Source: a bacterium (GTDB lineage: Bacteria > Vulcanimicrobiota > Vulcanimicrobiia > Vulcanimicrobiales > SCRA01). From it: 64,000 bases of DNA. The DNA lies in assembly GCA_004298665.1 (NCBI GenBank), contig SCQY01000356.1, positions 17,485-81,484 of the forward strand, read 5' to 3'. The position numbers were made by a program, and so were the translations under genes. Positions 63,942 to 64,000 of the stretch are shown here, one piece after another. Position 1 is the stretch's first letter, and each line of letters begins with the position of its first letter. The notes below the pieces were generated by a model. That model was not told where the DNA came from. It did no database searches and was given only the letters and a program-made list of their open reading frames with translations.

Positions 63942-64000
63942 GCCCTGAACTTCCGCCGTAGCCGGATTCTATGAGGTTGGTGAACATCCCGCGATTGACC

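Overview
High-GC chromosomal window. The family content (DUF4148, DUF3567) suggests Burkholderiaceae, but that is an inference. No tRNA, rRNA or CRISPR array was found by eye. All calls rest on reading the supplied ORF translations and the DNA, with no searches run. Family names are recollections of motifs, and start codons are often uncertain by tens of nt.

(1) 1-9.8 kb: the end of a mercury-resistance operon (merR, operator/promoter, merT, merP, start of merC), followed by gene fragments (an ABC ATPase tail and a broken PiT transporter). After these come DedA, AraC, AhpD-like, HAD and DoxX genes and a DedA::FAD-disulfide-reductase fusion.

(2) 9.9-26.2 kb: a roughly 16-kb divergent supercluster. 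Its minus arm carries an ECF sigma/anti-sigma pair, CcdA, a periplasmic thioredoxin and an MFS pump, plus a 68-aa secreted peptide ending in eight K-C-G-A repeats.
- It is centred on an ArsS-type radical-SAM enzyme with its usual partners: DUF2064, a GT2, and an 'N-term-to-SelD'-type FAD oxidoreductase.
- It also holds an MTA-phosphorylase, a metallophosphoesterase, a YiiX-like hydrolase, a CDP-alcohol phosphatidyltransferase, a second radical-SAM and DUF547.
- I read this as a candidate uncharacterised (metalloid/chalcogen-)sugar-lipid pathway with an associated thiol-rich peptide.

(3) 27.5-28.9 kb: a decayed DUF692/DUF2063 (bufferin-type) pair.

(4) About 29.0-51.7 kb: a mosaic genomic island.
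- It begins with a relaxase-less traK/L/M-like relic, a truncated ICE-type ParB, an IS66 stub and a broken P4-type integrase.
- Next come an orphan HigA with a toxin stump, an AbiEi/AbiEii pair, and a Tn7-like module (TnsA::TnsB fusion, TnsC, TniQ).
- A 1.1-kb ORF-free stretch leads into a defence-gene block: a Cap4-nuclease plus SMC/Rad50-like ATPase (Lamassu-like), an AT-richer stand-alone SIR2 gene, and a PD-(D/E)xK 'sce7726'-like gene followed by a split 'sce7725'/T4-beta-protein-like gene.
- This last operon is my best candidate for an undescribed defence system.

(5) 51.8-64 kb: ordinary metabolism (IclR, aspA, frmA-GST-fghA, a DAACS symporter, an MCP, and a Glu/Asp-type ABC transporter).
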